From contig MU056050.1 of assembly GCA_013239625.1 (NCBI GenBank), forward strand, positions 4,721,366-4,785,365: DNA of 64,000 nt, written 5' to 3'. Made by a program: the position numbers and the translations under genes. The stretch's first letter is position 1. Every line of letters starts with the position of its first letter. This document shows positions 39,991-53,564 of the stretch, in pieces. The DNA is from Lama guanicoe (lineage: Eukaryota). The notes beneath the pieces are model-generated. The model ran no database searches. It had not been told where the DNA came from and saw nothing but the letters and a program-made list of their open reading frames with translations.

Positions 39991-40484
39991 TGCAACTCAC
40001 CAATTGTCTAGGATTTGGGACAGAGTCACACTGAAGACAACATGAAGGTTATTTTCCAGAAGCATCAAGGGCCATTTAAAAACATTTAAATTTTAGGAGA
40101 AACCAAATTCAAGTGCATGTCTCTGTGTATTTGTGTGTGAAGGATCAAAAGAAAACTATTATACTTTTAATAAATTCACTTTTTTGTTGAGGTTTATGTG
40201 AAGTTCATTACCAATGGCATTGCCAATTTATATTATTCCTCTGGTTAAAAAAAACTCAGAATGTTGCATTGATCCTATCATTAGTTGTGTATCTAAACAC
40301 GTATTTCTGATTCGCTCTGTAGATGTGTTGTTGAGTATCCTGTATACCAGAGGCTGGGGATATAAGGAGTTTAGAGGCAAGGGAAGGATAAAAGGAAATA
40401 GATAAGTAAAATGCAGTTCAGTGAGTCCTAAGGAGAGCTCAGTAGCTGTTCTGTTGGAGCATAATTGCTTCATGATTATTATTG

Positions 40485-41420
40485 TTTTTTTTTAATATAC
40501 TTTAAAATTTTAGAACAGTTTTAAATTTACAGAATTATTGCAAAGATGGTACGGAGACTTCCCTTAGGCCCACACCCAGTTTGCTCTGTTAATATTGTAC
40601 CTTAGTACAGTACATTGGTCACATTTAATGAACCAGTACTGATTATATTATTATTACCTAAACTATATAGTTCATTCAGAATTCCTCAGTTATTTCCCTC
40701 ATTTTTTTCTCCTCCAGGATTCCATCCAGGATAGCACATTACATTTAAAAATGATGTTACCTTAGGTTCCTTTTAGTTGTGAGAGTTTCTCAGACTTGCC
40801 TTGTTTTTGATGACCTTGACAGTTTTGAGGATTACTAATCAGGTATTTTGTAGACTGTCTCTCAATTAAGATTAGATGGGAGTTACTGGTTTTTGGAAGG
40901 AAGATAATAGAGGTTAAATGTGACTTTTATCACATCACATCAAGGGTACATACCATCAACATGACTTACCACTGTTGGCCTTAAACTTGATCACCTGGTT
41001 AAGGTAGTGTTTGTCAAATTTTTCCACTGTAAAGTTACTCTTTTTCCCCATTTTCAAACAGTACCCTTTAGAAAGAAGTCACTATGAACATTTCACATTT
41101 AGGGGTGAAGAGTTGGGCTTCATTTCCTTGAGAGGGGGGTGTCTATGTAGGTTACTTAGAATTCTAAAAGGAGATTTGTCCTTCCAGCTCTCACCCCTGG
41201 TTTGTTTATTCAATCATTTATTTGTATATAAGCCTGGTCTCATGGGTATTTATTTTATACTTTAGGTTATACTCCAATATTTTAAAAAATTTTATCTAAT
41301 ATTTAGTTTCTCAAATTCTTCAAACTATAGCCATTGTGAACTTTTTCAGTTGACTCCTGTATCCCTTTGACATACTCCAGTTATTTTTAAGCAATTGATT
41401 TCTCTGTGGCACTACAAGGG
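40485..41420 (-). mobile_element. L1MC3/4-like 3' end, flanked by L2-like fragments
   Basis: ttagaacagttttaaatttacaga...ccaggattccatccaggatagcacattacattta...gatgaccttgacagttttgagg. Confidence 0.8.
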
Positions 41421-42104
41421 AGCCTAACTTCTTAGGCGGCCTGGAAGTTCTTCGGAATGAAATGGAATTTTGATCTGAACTTTAAAAGATTAGTGGGATT
41501 TTATGAGATTCAGAAAGGCCCTCCTTGCAAAGGGGGAAGCATGTTCAAAGTCATAAAGGTGTGAAAGAATGTAGTATCTTTAGAAAAGCAATGCTTCTGT
41601 GTAACTGCTTGGGAAGGTGAGAAGAATGACTGAAAAGATGTTTTGAAACTGACTTTTGTTAAGGGTCTTCTAATTTAGCCTTTTTCTTGGAATCTCTAGG
41701 ACTATAAAACAAGAACATAAACAGAGTCAACTGAGAGAAATTATTAGAAATTGATATACACAAGTTAAAGTTAGCTAACAAGCAACACTAAAAGGAGGAA
41801 ACCATATCTTCACAAGGAAATTTATCTTCTTGCAACTGAGGCCCAAGACTGTCACATTCTGGTAACATCAAAAGTGTAAGAAAAATGAGAGGCTGGGACT
41901 TTATAACTGCTAAAACAATATAGAACAAAACTCTCCTCAGATAGCAGCTTTGTGGCACCTACTGTACAGTGTGGTTTTGATTGTGGAACTTCTCATTAGA
42001 AGTAGTGATGATCTCAAACTCTCTTGATACATGTGCATATTTCTGAGAGACATACTTGATAAGACCTATTAAGTCATTTCTATAGCTATTTATTTAATAG
42101 GTCT

Positions 42105-42448
42105 TGTATTAGTCTGCTAGGACTGCTATAACAAAATACCATAGATAGGGTGGCTTAATCAACAGACCTTAATTTTTCATGATTCTAGAGGCCAGAAGTC
42201 AAGATCACAGTGCCAGCTTTGTGAGAGGGTCCTCTTCCTTGCTTGCAGACAGCTGTCTTCTCATTGTGTCCTTACTTGGCAAAGAGAACACAACCTCTCT
42301 CTTCGTCTTCCTGTAAAGCCACTGATCGCGTCATGATAGCCCTGCCTCCATGACCTCATCTAACAATGATTACTTCCCAAAGGCCCTGTCTCCAAGGCTT
42401 CAAAATAGAAATTTCAGAGTTGGGGGACATAATTTAGTCTTTGGTAGA
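42105..42448 (-). mobile_element. MLT1A-like MaLR solo LTR
   Basis: tgtattagtctgctagggactgctataacaaaataccataga...catgacctcatctaac...acttcccaaaggccc. Confidence 0.85.
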
Positions 42449-45400
42449 TGTTTATTCCATATTTTAACATACAGCATTCGTGTAAAAATCAAATTTTACT
42501 GACTCTTTCAGTTAGGATTTATTTAAAATATCTTCACTTAAAACATTCTAAAATATATGTGTACTATTGTGTTGACTTGGTTTCAAATAAGATACAATAT
42601 GATTTCACAAATAAAAGATCTCAACTTTCACCAGAGGCTGGTGAAGTTATATTTTAACAAGAGGGTAGCAGCAACAGAGCTTGCAAACATTTTAAATGCC
42701 ACTTGTTTTACCAAGGTCTCTGTAAAAAATATATTTGTCAAGCTTTCAAAACAAAATTATTTTGTATTAGAGCTGAAAACTGACTTATTTAGAAACTCAT
42801 TTAATACAGGTGCATATTCTTTTTAATTACAACAGATGTCATTAATAAGTTTAGTAAGTATGGATGTTCTAATAACTCATGAGAGTGCACGACAGTCCCA
42901 TCTATCTGTGAATGCCAAAGAAGGAAAACTACAAAGGTAATAGTTTTGTTTCAACTCCCTGTGAGCACATCATCCCCAAATCAGGCAACTGAATGATACC
43001 TGCCTATTATTTATATCCTTTTTAATCATACTTTAAAATATTTATATTTATATCATACTTGAAAATATACTTTATGCCTTACACTTTTATAGAAAATTCC
43101 TAATTGGAAAAGACAACTGCACACTACCATAGTAATTTCCCATAACTCATGTGCTTCTTACACTGTGTAATATACAATTCTTCTCCCTCTTGAACAGGAT
43201 TAAAGTCATATCTCATGGGTGATTAGATTGCCCCTTTGTACCCTGAGGTTCAAGGAAATAAATGGGAGCAATTCTCCCTTCAATAGACAATGGTGGATAA
43301 ACAAGCAAATCACAAACATGCTGTAAAAGGTCAGCCGTAATCACCCTGTGTAGCTATGGCACTATCTTAAACATATGCAGAGTAATAAACCTGATTAAGA
43401 ATACCTATTTTTTTCTTATTATGGTACTTTCCTCTGGATTATAACACTGTGCCCTTGAAATTTTCAAAGAAAATGTTTTATAGATTTTTTTAAAAAGATT
43501 ATGTTAAAAATAGCAAACTCTCACTCCACCCATCTATGATCCTAATTTGTTTTTAAAGGTTTTCTGTTCCCCTTCTAATGTATGACAGTTTTTGGAGGGA
43601 ATTGTATTTGTTTGACATATTCTCTTCCCTCATCCAATCCCATACACTATAAAAATAAATATTTTTCAATTAAAGATTACAGTTCATGTAGTGAGCTTTG
43701 AAAAGGTCAAAACCTGAGTCTGAACTTCACCCATAATGGCCTTTAGAGAATTTTATTTCTTTATTGTTAATAATACTATGTTTGCTCTTAGGTGTAGTAA
43801 AGACAGAATCAGTCAGAGTAAGAAACACAATACAAAATAAGCTTAGCTTTTTTATTTTCTCAAACTAAAATCTTTGATAACAGAAGGGACTTCTGGATAG
43901 TTCTTGCCATATCCAGAAACAAGTTTACCTTGCCAATATGTTATTTCGGATGGCATTGCTTCCTTGGTACAGGACCCAAGAGAAGGGCTGTATCCCTTTT
44001 CAAGTAATATACAACAAATACAGCGGGAAGAAGGCAGTTCATGTACTTTTGAAATAGATTTTAAACTTTGAAAAAATATGAATCTATCTGGATTGATGGT
44101 ACATTTGTGTGTACATTATCTTTGCCTGTGTACTCAAATGGGGCATCTGTCTTTAATCTGACAGTGTACCTCATGAACATACAAATTGGGCAAGTTTCAG
44201 ATCCTAGGTAATCAAGTTCCCTCTGACAGCCTCAGCAATCCTTCTGCTTTAGGGTGGGTGACATATCTGTCCTCCTGGATCAAGCCATGACTAATAGATA
44301 AGAATGTTAACATCTTTCATCCTTTATATCTATCCAGAGATAACTCAGAAGACAGAGGAGATAGTGTGTGTGCCACATTACGGTTTGTTTTGTTCATTCT
44401 TTAGACAATTAAGTAGAGACAGGTGACTATGAAATATGACAAAGCTAATATTTATTTTCAGCTGTAATGTTTTTACTTGAAATCCTTCCTTTGCTGTAGG
44501 AGTTTCTTACCAACTCATTTATATATCATATTTCTATTTAAATGAAAGTTTGTGATTCACTGTGTGATTATTTGCCATGCTGAGGCTTCTGAGAATATCT
44601 TTTCCAAGAAGACAGTCTCTAACTGGTCAAGCACCTATCCCCTTTGAAAAAGAGCCAAATGGGAAACTCAGACATTCAAAAAGTAACATAAGAAGCTGCT
44701 GTACACCGAGGATTCCTTTTAATGCTAGATTCAATGTATTGAAAGACAAGAATATTTGGGGATACATTAAGGGTTTTTATCTTGCTTATTAAGTAAAAAA
44801 AAAGTAATAGAAGCAACACAGAGATACCCATAGTGGTACTGAAAAAGCATTAGTTTTCTTCCCTTTTCTACTTCTTTTTCTGGATTATTTTCTTTTCCTA
44901 TTATGCCCTAATTCTACAGTGTCATATAGGACCAGGGATATAATATCAATAGTAATATTATTCATTTTGTATATGATGAGTGAATGCATTTATCCTCTTA
45001 CTTCATCCTTTCCATAATTTAAATAATAATGTTGAACTTTGGAATTATTGAGACAGCATTTAAATAGGATTATATCCAGAGTAACAATTATCATGTTTCT
45101 GGCTTTCACACCACACATTGCAACCTATCATCCCTTTCAAGGGCTACTGTTTCTTCACTGTCAGAGGGCTTGTGAGGATCATTAAAGATCTTTGAAAATC
45201 ATTAAAATATATTGTATACTCTGATGATATAGTAGAGATAAGCAAAGTTGAGGACTTGGAGCCAGTTAGGTTTACATTTCAGCTCCCATATTTGCCAGTA
45301 GTGTATATAGGAAAGTAACATATGTATATAATGAAAGTAACATTAATGCCTACTTTTAATTTAGGACACTCTGGAAAACATGTTTGATTTTCTGTCTGGG

Positions 45401-46149
45401 CAAATGAACTACTTTTTTAAGATAGTTAATGATGCAGAAAATAAAAGAGGTTCTCGATAGGATTTAGCAGAAAGATGTTAGTCAAGCTCTTCGAGGTTGC
45501 AAGGAAGAGACAGACCCGATTTCTTGTAGTTTTGGGGATTTGTTATAACAATATTCAAGAATGATTTGTTAGTAAAGCCTATTCCATCAACTATTTAGTC
45601 TAGGATGCATGGCATAATTTATGAAAATTGGAAAATTTACTTGATGTTCCTTTACCTGGCTGAAATCACCTATTTTCTCTTTGTAACCCTAATATAATTG
45701 CCCACATAAAGAATTTGTCTGGATTGGTGGACTGCTGTCTCATATGGAGTAACTCATGGACAGTTGGCCTCCTTCATATGCAGCCCATATACTGTTGCTT
45801 TCAAATAAAGGCTTGATACCTGGTACATTCCTAATTTTAGGCAGCAGAGATGGTTTCAATGAGATAGTGTCAAAACTAAGTCATTGCAACCACTGTGTGA
45901 GAGAGAACACTGAAACTGGTGATAAATCATTAGCAAGCATATGCAATTCTACAAGAATAGTATTAAATATTGACTGTGGTATTTTGATGCTGATGAACAT
46001 ATTTTAATTTGTCTCTGGTCTTCACATTATTCCAGCAGATCTGGCAGTGGATATTTAAGAAAAAGTTTTTTCCTTTGTATGAAAAAGTTTGCTTATTTTA
46101 AACATTAAACAACTTCAGAAGATCTTCTTCCTGCTGAACTTCTCAGAAG

Positions 46150-46209
46150 TATATATGTATTGTACACGTCCAAAGTGTTTATATATGTATTGTACACCTC
46201 CAAAGTGTC
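46150..46209. repeat. 30-bp tandem duplication (28/30 identical)
   Basis: tatatatgtattgtacacgtccaaagtgtt / tatatatgtattgtacacctccaaagtgtc. Confidence 0.92.
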
Positions 46210-47231
46210 TCTGAAAGTATCTTTATCACTTTTGTTTCTCTCTGTGAAACTATTTGTGCTTAGAGTACAAACTAACATGCATTTCCCCTTAGGAAAAGGG
46301 TAACAATTTGGGTACAATTAGGGTACAGTTTGGGAAACTGTAGTAATTTAATGGATAATATGTTATTTTTTTCAGTTTTGAAGTAATAGTCAAATACCTT
46401 TTCCTAGACCCTAATTGGCTAGAGTATTACAAAAACCAAATTATGTAATCCGGAAGAGATGTGGTCATGGGAATGTAAGTAATATAACAGTGGACTGCTT
46501 CATTCTTATTTATTCTACACAATTTAGTTTAGGTTTTCTTCATTTTACCCAATAATTACCTCTGACGTTTATTATTCTGCATGTAGTTAAAATTTAGTAC
46601 TCCTAGATTACTTCCAAACAGGATTTTGGAAACTCTGAAGGAGGAAGGAGACATGGGAAAATGTATTAGGGTCTGTGTCATTTGGACATTGCAGGCTAAG
46701 GGATATATCTGTTAACAAAGATCTGATTCTGGTAGCTTTCTTCGGAAGGGATTTTGCTATTTGGCAAGCATTTTGAGATTTTATAGATATTATCTGGAGC
46801 TCATATAATACAAACAAGTAGCATACTCAAGGAGGGGATTCATAATTTTTGGCTTATTTGGTAAGTAATTTTTGGAAGAAGTGGCAAAATTAATGGAGCC
46901 CGATTCCAGATTAATGAAGAGAGGGTGAAACGGTTCAGTGGTTCTGCCATCTTTGAACTCTACATAAAATTTCAGAATTCCTAAGAATGAGCTAGTCACT
47001 ATAAAATCTGGCCATCCATTTAAATGGATGTTTAAAAATATAGATGACCCTCAATATTTTTTATAAAAATTGGACCTGGTGAGCTTATCATATAATTTGA
47101 ATTTGCATTTTCACCTTTGTGCATTAATCCTAGCCTCTAATAAATATTTAAATACAGATTTCTGGGTGATTAATCCAAAAACAGTAAAATCAGTGTAGTT
47201 ATCATAACATAGAAAAAGATCATTTGAAAAC

Positions 47232-47885
47232 TTTTTATAATTGAAGTGTAGTTGATTTACAGTTGTTCAGGTGTACATCAAAATGATTCAGGTTTTTTAT
47301 ATATATCAGTTATATATATATATATTTCTTTTTCAGATTCTTTTCCATTATAGGTTATTAAAGAGATACTGAATATAGTTCCCTGTGCTATACAGTAGGT
47401 CCTTGTTGTTTATCTACTTGATATATAATAGTGTGTACCTGTTAATCTCAAACCACTGATTTATTCCCCCCGCCCTTTGGTAACCATAAGTTTGTTTTCT
47501 ATGTCTGTGAATCTATTTCTGTTTTGTAAACAAGTTCCTTTGTATCATTTTTTAAAGATTCCATGTCTAAGTGATATCATAAGATATTTCTCTTTCTCTG
47601 TCTTACTTTACATAGTATGATAATCTCTAGGTCCATCCAGATTGCTGCAAATGGCATTTCATTTTTACGGCTGAGTAATTGTTTATATATACTAAATCTT
47701 CTTTATCCAATCATCTGTTGACAGACATTTAGATTACTTCCATGTCTTGGCTATTGTAAATAGTGCTGCTATGAACATTGGGGTGCATGTATTCTTTTTG
47801 AATTTAAGTTTTCAACTTTTCCGAATACATGCCCAGGAGTGGGATTGTTGAGTCATATGGTGACTCTGTTTTTAGTTGTTTTTGA
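47232..47885 (-). mobile_element. Cetartiodactyl-type L1 3' end (L1_Art-like)
   Basis: ttgaagtgtagttgatttaca...gaatatagttccctgtgctatacagtaggtccttgttg...ggtaaccataagtttgttttctatgtctgtga. Confidence 0.85.
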
Positions 47886-48487
47886 GTTTGACTATTTTGA
47901 ATAAGTTGCTCCATTCAACACCTTAAGTCTTCCTTTAGACTACTCAGACAATGAACTGGGTTACATCAATTCCTGTTTAGTGCAATGAGGCTTTCAAAAT
48001 AAGCCTCGTTGTTCCTGTAAGCATTTTGAATAAACAATCAAACATGCTCCAAATAGATGCAAATTTTAGCAGATAGTCTCTCTCTTAAGCAGCCCAATAA
48101 TGAAGGTTTTACTTGCAGCAATATCATTTATTGCATTGTTTCAATTCTTTTCTGCTATATACAGAGCTATAGCCATAGGCTTTCTAGCACTGCAAGAAAT
48201 GAGGGAAAAAAATCTGCCTTTTACAGTTGCGTTGTTGGAAAATTGATAGTTTAGCATTCATATCCTCCTACTGTGAAACTCAGACCTGCATTAAAATTTC
48301 CCTTGTTTTGAATAAGTGAAAAGAAATCTTTGTTCACAATCAAGTCAGGTAAAAGATTTAAAATTAATGAAGTTTACTGTTTTCCAAAATATATGTTTAG
48401 ATATATTTCCAAAATATAAAAACATCAAGGCCAAATTAAATTGGACTTTGGGTGCCAAATTGAAGATTTTGAACTTTGCTTGTACTC

Positions 48488-48600
48488 CAGCAGTTCCTCA
48501 ATCTTGCCTACACCTCGGAGTGACCTGGGAACTTTAAAAATACAGATTCCAGAACTCCAACCCAGACTGAATGGTGAAGATAGGCATTAAATTTTCTTTG
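48488..48600. mobile_element. MER5-like hAT DNA transposon fragment
   Basis: cagcagttcctcaatcttg...gacctgggaactttaaaaatacagattcc...cccaga. Confidence 0.55.
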
Positions 48601-50077
48601 CTTTTATATTGTTTTTATAGTAACTTGATGAAAGGGCCAGAGTGTTTTAGGAAGACAATTCCAGGCAAAATATATAGGATGGACTGATGTAAAGGTAGAG
48701 TGAGGAGAGATAAACCTCTTGAGGGATAGTGGAAGCAGATATTTTGGTAAGGGATTTTTGATATGGTCTTAGGCATGAAGGTGAATTTCAAGATTAGGAT
48801 AGTGGCAATGGTAATGAAAAAGCTTGTTACTAATGTCAGGCATTTCCACACAAGTCTGTTTCTCTTCTCTATTTTTGGTTTGGTTTGGTTTTGTCCTGCT
48901 CTCAAGTGCTCTTCCTTTAAAGGCCAGATAATGTTAAATTTACATCTGTATAGAATAAACCATCGGAAATTCAAACAGTTAGAAATGTCATCCTGTCGGC
49001 CTGGATTCTGCTTTGAATTCTGCTTTTCAGTCAGAGAAAAGCTTGGACTTCCCCTGAGGTTATATTTGATCCTCAGATCTTTCTGTTCCCACCAAAAGAG
49101 AGGTTAAAAAGAGAGAAAAATCCTCAAAAATTCTTTCTGCAAACAACCGATACCTAAACAGAGGAGAGAGGATAAGCGAGGTCAGGAGAGAAAAGTCTCA
49201 GATTAGAGCACCCATTTATGTACAAAACAATATTCCACATCACTCTTGGAGGTGGAGGCGTATTCTGTGAAAGCACTCTTATTTCATCAAAAGAAGAACG
49301 AGCAGCCTCAGCCCACCCATGGAGGGAGCAGCTTGCTATTGTGTGTGTTCAGTCAGATATCCTTGGCAGGTGCTCTTTGCACGCAGTCAATCCTGAACAT
49401 TCTTTCCAAAGGTTTGAGACTCTTTGGGAAGTGGATTATGTCATAATAATTGGATTTACTATGTCTTATGTCAGTAATTAGTGACATAAGACAAAGTGGT
49501 GTAATACAGAAACTACTATGTTTCACCCAATCAGTCGTCCCAAAATCCAATGCAGAAATATTTAGGAAAGCAAAGAAATAGATATATTATCCCTCCAAAA
49601 GCAAATAGAAAGGTTAGTTTGCTGAAAACAATGATGCACTATAAACCAAGTTCTTTTTTTTTGCTTTGTGTTGTTTCTCCACAACACTAGCTATTTAAAA
49701 GTGTTGGTGATGGTACACCCCTGCATTCGAATGACCACCTGCACTCCCATGGTGTGCTCAGAATAAATAACAACATGATAGTTGGACTAGGCATATCCGC
49801 CGGGTAAAGGAAGGCTAGAATACTGCTCACCAGGAGGGAAGTCAAAACATCTCTTGTGGTTATAGGAGGAAAGATCATAAAATATTAATTTAACATTTGC
49901 ACTGTTGTTCGCTGGATTTTGTCACACATCTCTTGTGTTCTGAAATTCACCACAGCAATTACATTTATGAATCAGCTGAAATAAAGATTAATAATAGTAA
50001 AAGCAATGAGAATAGGCAACAGCAGCAGTGATAGGTTATTGAAAACCTATTTGGTGCCAGCGATCTTTGGGGTTTGC

Positions 50078-50535
50078 ATAAGTTCTTTGAGAGCTGGGAG
50101 TTTTGTCTGATTACTGCTGTATTTTCAGTGCCTAGAACCATGCCTGGGACCACAGTATAGGCTATTGATAAGTAGTAGTTGAATAAATAACCAACTACTA
50201 TGTTCCAAGCATCCTTTTTTTTTTTTCAAATCAAAAAATGAGCAAGACAAATGAGATATCTGCCTTCATGAAGTGTATGGTCTAGCGGATTATTTTCCCA
50301 TTGGAGATATATATGTATGTATATACACACACATACCTATACACATACATACACATAACTGAGAAATATCATGTAATTATAAGGACTTTAAAATTTGTTC
50401 ATTGTGCCTTTCTCTCCATTAAAATATAAGTTCCTTGTGGACTGGGACCTTCTCTGTCTTATTCACTATCTCCACTAATACCTAGAACAATATCTTGCGT
50501 ATGAACTCAGTAAATAATTGTTGAGTGAATGACTG
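50078..50535 (+). mobile_element. Two L2 3'-end fragments (~50078-50190 and ~50410-50535)
   Basis: cagtgcctagaaccatgcctgg...gttgaataaataa; aagttccttgtggactgggacc...tgttgagtgaatga. Confidence 0.7.
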
Positions 50536-50719
50536 TTAAACTTTTGACCTTTCTACCTAAACTTGGTTTACATTTCCTGGGCATTTATTTACTTTGGAAA
50601 AGGACGAGCTTACACTGAACCTAGAGTGTTTTAGTTGAAAGCTATTTGAGTAAAAGTCTCAGAGAAAGGGCTGGAAGATAGGAAGGGGAAACCAATAGAG
50701 ATTATTTCCTAAGAGCAAC

Positions 50720-51006
50720 TGGAAATGACAAAATTATAGAAATGGAGAACAGATAGAGGATTCTAGAAGGTAGGAGCGGGGTGGGATGGAACAAAAGTGA
50801 CAAGGCAACTCAGGGATCCTTGTGGTAATGAAGTTGTTCTGTATCTTGACTGTGTCAATGTCAGTAGGTATCCTGGTTGTGATATTGTACTATAGTTTTC
50901 CAAGATGTTACCATTGAGAGAAGTTAATTAAATGATACGTAAGATCTCTCCATATTACTTCTTACGAGTCTACAATTACTCAAAATAAAATGTTTAGTTA
51001 AAAAAA
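50720..51006 (+). mobile_element. L1MD-like 3' end
   Basis: ggaaatgacaaaattatagaaatggagaacaga...ctgtatcttgactgtgtcaatgtca...caagatgttaccattg, followed by an A tail. Confidence 0.8.
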
Positions 51007-51114
51007 GTCATGGTAAGTGTGTCAGAAATAATGCATTTCAAATGGTTAGGTATTTTAAATACCAACAGAAATTTCGCTCACCCGTAGCATGCTCACTTCT
51101 AACTTTCTTTTCAG

Positions 51115-51188
51115 AGGATTAATAGAGACATCTCAGAAGCCCAAGCCAGGAATTACTGACACAGGACCAGGCGGTGTGCTACAGAAAC
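51115..51188 (+). CDS. Candidate internal exon (74 nt) of an unidentified gene; one open frame, GLIETSQKPKPGITDTGPGGVLQK
   Basis: Branch-point-like ctaac, pyrimidine tract and cag acceptor (cttctaactttcttttcag|), donor AAC|gtatgt. GC-richer than flanks. Only one of three frames lacks a stop. Coding status unproven. Confidence 0.5.
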
Positions 51189-52479
51189 GTATGTGTTTTA
51201 CCCATCTCTATTGCTATGAAAAATATTTCTAAAATCTAAAATGTCATGTTTTCAAGTTCCTCTCAAAGCTGCTGGCAGTTGTAGCTATTTGTAACATTGA
51301 TTCTCGGTCTAGAATGTATGCTGAACAACTCGAACATGGCTCTGGGATTTGGCGTGTAGGTCTGTTCGCTCTTTTCAGTGATTTTGGATGACATCCAAAT
51401 AAACTCATAAACGTGATATTCAGAGCATACATACTTCTTTTCTTTCCCAACACATACATAAGACACTTCCATGGGTGTGTAGTTGGATACTTCCCTCCTC
51501 TCATTTTAAAAAGAAAATAAGAGTTAAAAAAAAAAGTATATGTCCTTTTGGATCCACTATTATATGAAAAATCTGTGGGAAAGGAAGACCCACTTTTAAA
51601 TAACAGCCTAGTATGTGAGTCTCCCAGCATTGCAGTCTCCCTCTCCTTGGCAGCAACTTTCTGTGTTTGTTTGGTACCATAGGTAAACAGCACTTACATT
51701 AAATATAAGTGTGCATCAAATTTTGTACCAATGTTGAGTGAGTCCAAATTGATCACTCCTTTGAAATCTTATGTTAAGGTCAAAAGCTAAGTTCTCAAGC
51801 TTCTGGTTTTGCATGAGATGAACTCATCTAACTAACAACATGACTGTATACACAATGTGGTCACTATAAGTAAAGAGTGTGTGGAAAATGTTGCATTTTA
51901 TGAAACTTCTGTGAAATATCACATTTGGTAAATACTAGAATCTAATCCTACTTTATGTGATACAAAAGTTTCTGTTTATAGAATGCTTCTAATACTTACA
52001 AAAAAGTATGTATTAATCACTATTAACCTGCATCAACCTCATTGAATCCAGAATTCCTTTCTACTTGATACTTAATATAGCATATTTCATAATTTTATAA
52101 ACAGATATAGCACCTGAAGTACAAATTAGCCCCTTGATAATTATGTGATTTTCTTTTTATATAATTGTCTGACAACTATTATTTCTTTAAAATCTAATTT
52201 TCCAAATATGAATCTAATATACATTCAAGGTAAAAATATGTAAAACACATAGACAAAGAAAAATAAGCAGTCACAGATAATCTCATTAAAAAGGGACATC
52301 TATTTAGTTTTTCAATGATTATGTTACATACATTTATGTACATACAGTTTATGTGTTTCAGTTCATTCAGTTTCATTTTTTACATCATGGTGATAGTTTC
52401 CAAGACATGCATAAGAAAACTTAATGTACATTTAATTAAATCAGTTGGGCTTAATTTCCTTCTTTTTGCCTTTCACTTT

Positions 52480-52660
52480 CTAATTATGTAAGTTTTGGGT
52501 AAGTCATCTAACCTCTCCGATCTTTATTTTCATACCTGTTAAATTAGCCTGATAATACCACATACTTTTCCAAGTTATTGTGAAGAGTAAATGAAATAAT
52601 CCCCACAGATTCTTCTCATACTTCCTGACTGTTAGTAAGCGCCCAGTGAATATTAGTGTG
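52480..52660 (+). mobile_element. MIR SINE
   Basis: ttgggtaagtcatctaacctctc...ttttcatacctgttaaa...ttgtgaagagtaaatga. Confidence 0.7.
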
Positions 52661-53475
52661 CTCTTGTTTCTACTGGTGCTAATACCAGCCCCCGTCACCA
52701 TCACCACCACTACCGTGTACTTCTGTGTTCTGTAATTCTTGTCTTTAGATTTATTACAATAAGCTTTTCCACAGGCTATTAGGACTCTATATATTTAATA
52801 CATACAGATGTGTTTCATTAACTTTACTATTCTTAACTATATGCTTTATACACAACACTTTGATGCACATCTTTAGGGATAAAACTTATTTTAAACTATT
52901 TTTTCTATACTATATTTTCCTTACTTTGAAAATAACCCACATCTGATTCCATCAAATGATAGTCCCAAGTACTTTAATTCAGTGCTGAGTTCTACGGGTT
53001 GTATAGATTTTTGTTACCTGGCCTTGGAAATCTACGTTTTTTTTTTTAAACAGGATAAGTAATTCTACCCTCCATCTACTGGAGTAAACAAATCCAATAG
53101 AACTCAATTAATTTATAAAGTGGTGATTGCCTATAGTTATGAGCTTGATGTTTACTTTCATGCTTGCATGTGCATACATATTCTGTTTATCTATATTGAT
53201 CAATGTATGTCCATCTGTCTACCTATCCATGTATGTCTATAAAAACACAGGCATCTTCACAGTCATACAGGTAGGCCACTCCATAAAGAGTTACTGGCAA
53301 TAGGATTACATCTAGAGTATTCAAGGAAAATCTTTAATCTGTTAAAAACCTTGCTGTCCCAAGCTGTTTTATGTTTTTAGATGACATTTTGGAACTAGGC
53401 CACAGCTGGCAGCAGTGATGGAAAGAAACAATGAAAAGAGAAAATGATTTGGTAAAGCTGCTAATGAACTGATTT

Positions 53476-53507
53476 GACACAGTGCTTAGCAGACACAGTG
53501 CTTAGCA
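53476..53507. repeat. Perfect 16-bp tandem duplication
   Basis: gacacagtgcttagca present twice in tandem. Confidence 0.92.
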
Positions 53508-53564
53508 CACACAGTTCATTATAAACTTGTAGATGACAGACATTTAGACAATTTTCTGTGACAG

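Noticed and set aside
43792..43817. 26-nt micro-exon (ctcttag|...AGA|gtaaga); similar weak pairs at ~20727-20796 (+) and ~20941-20994 (-)
   Set aside because: Splice-like pairs of this strength are expected by chance in 64 kb, and they give no consistent frame with the better candidates.
51244..51693. 149-aa minus-strand ORF
   Set aside because: Non-ATG start, no recognisable domain, crosses homopolymer runs, and has no clear splice boundaries.
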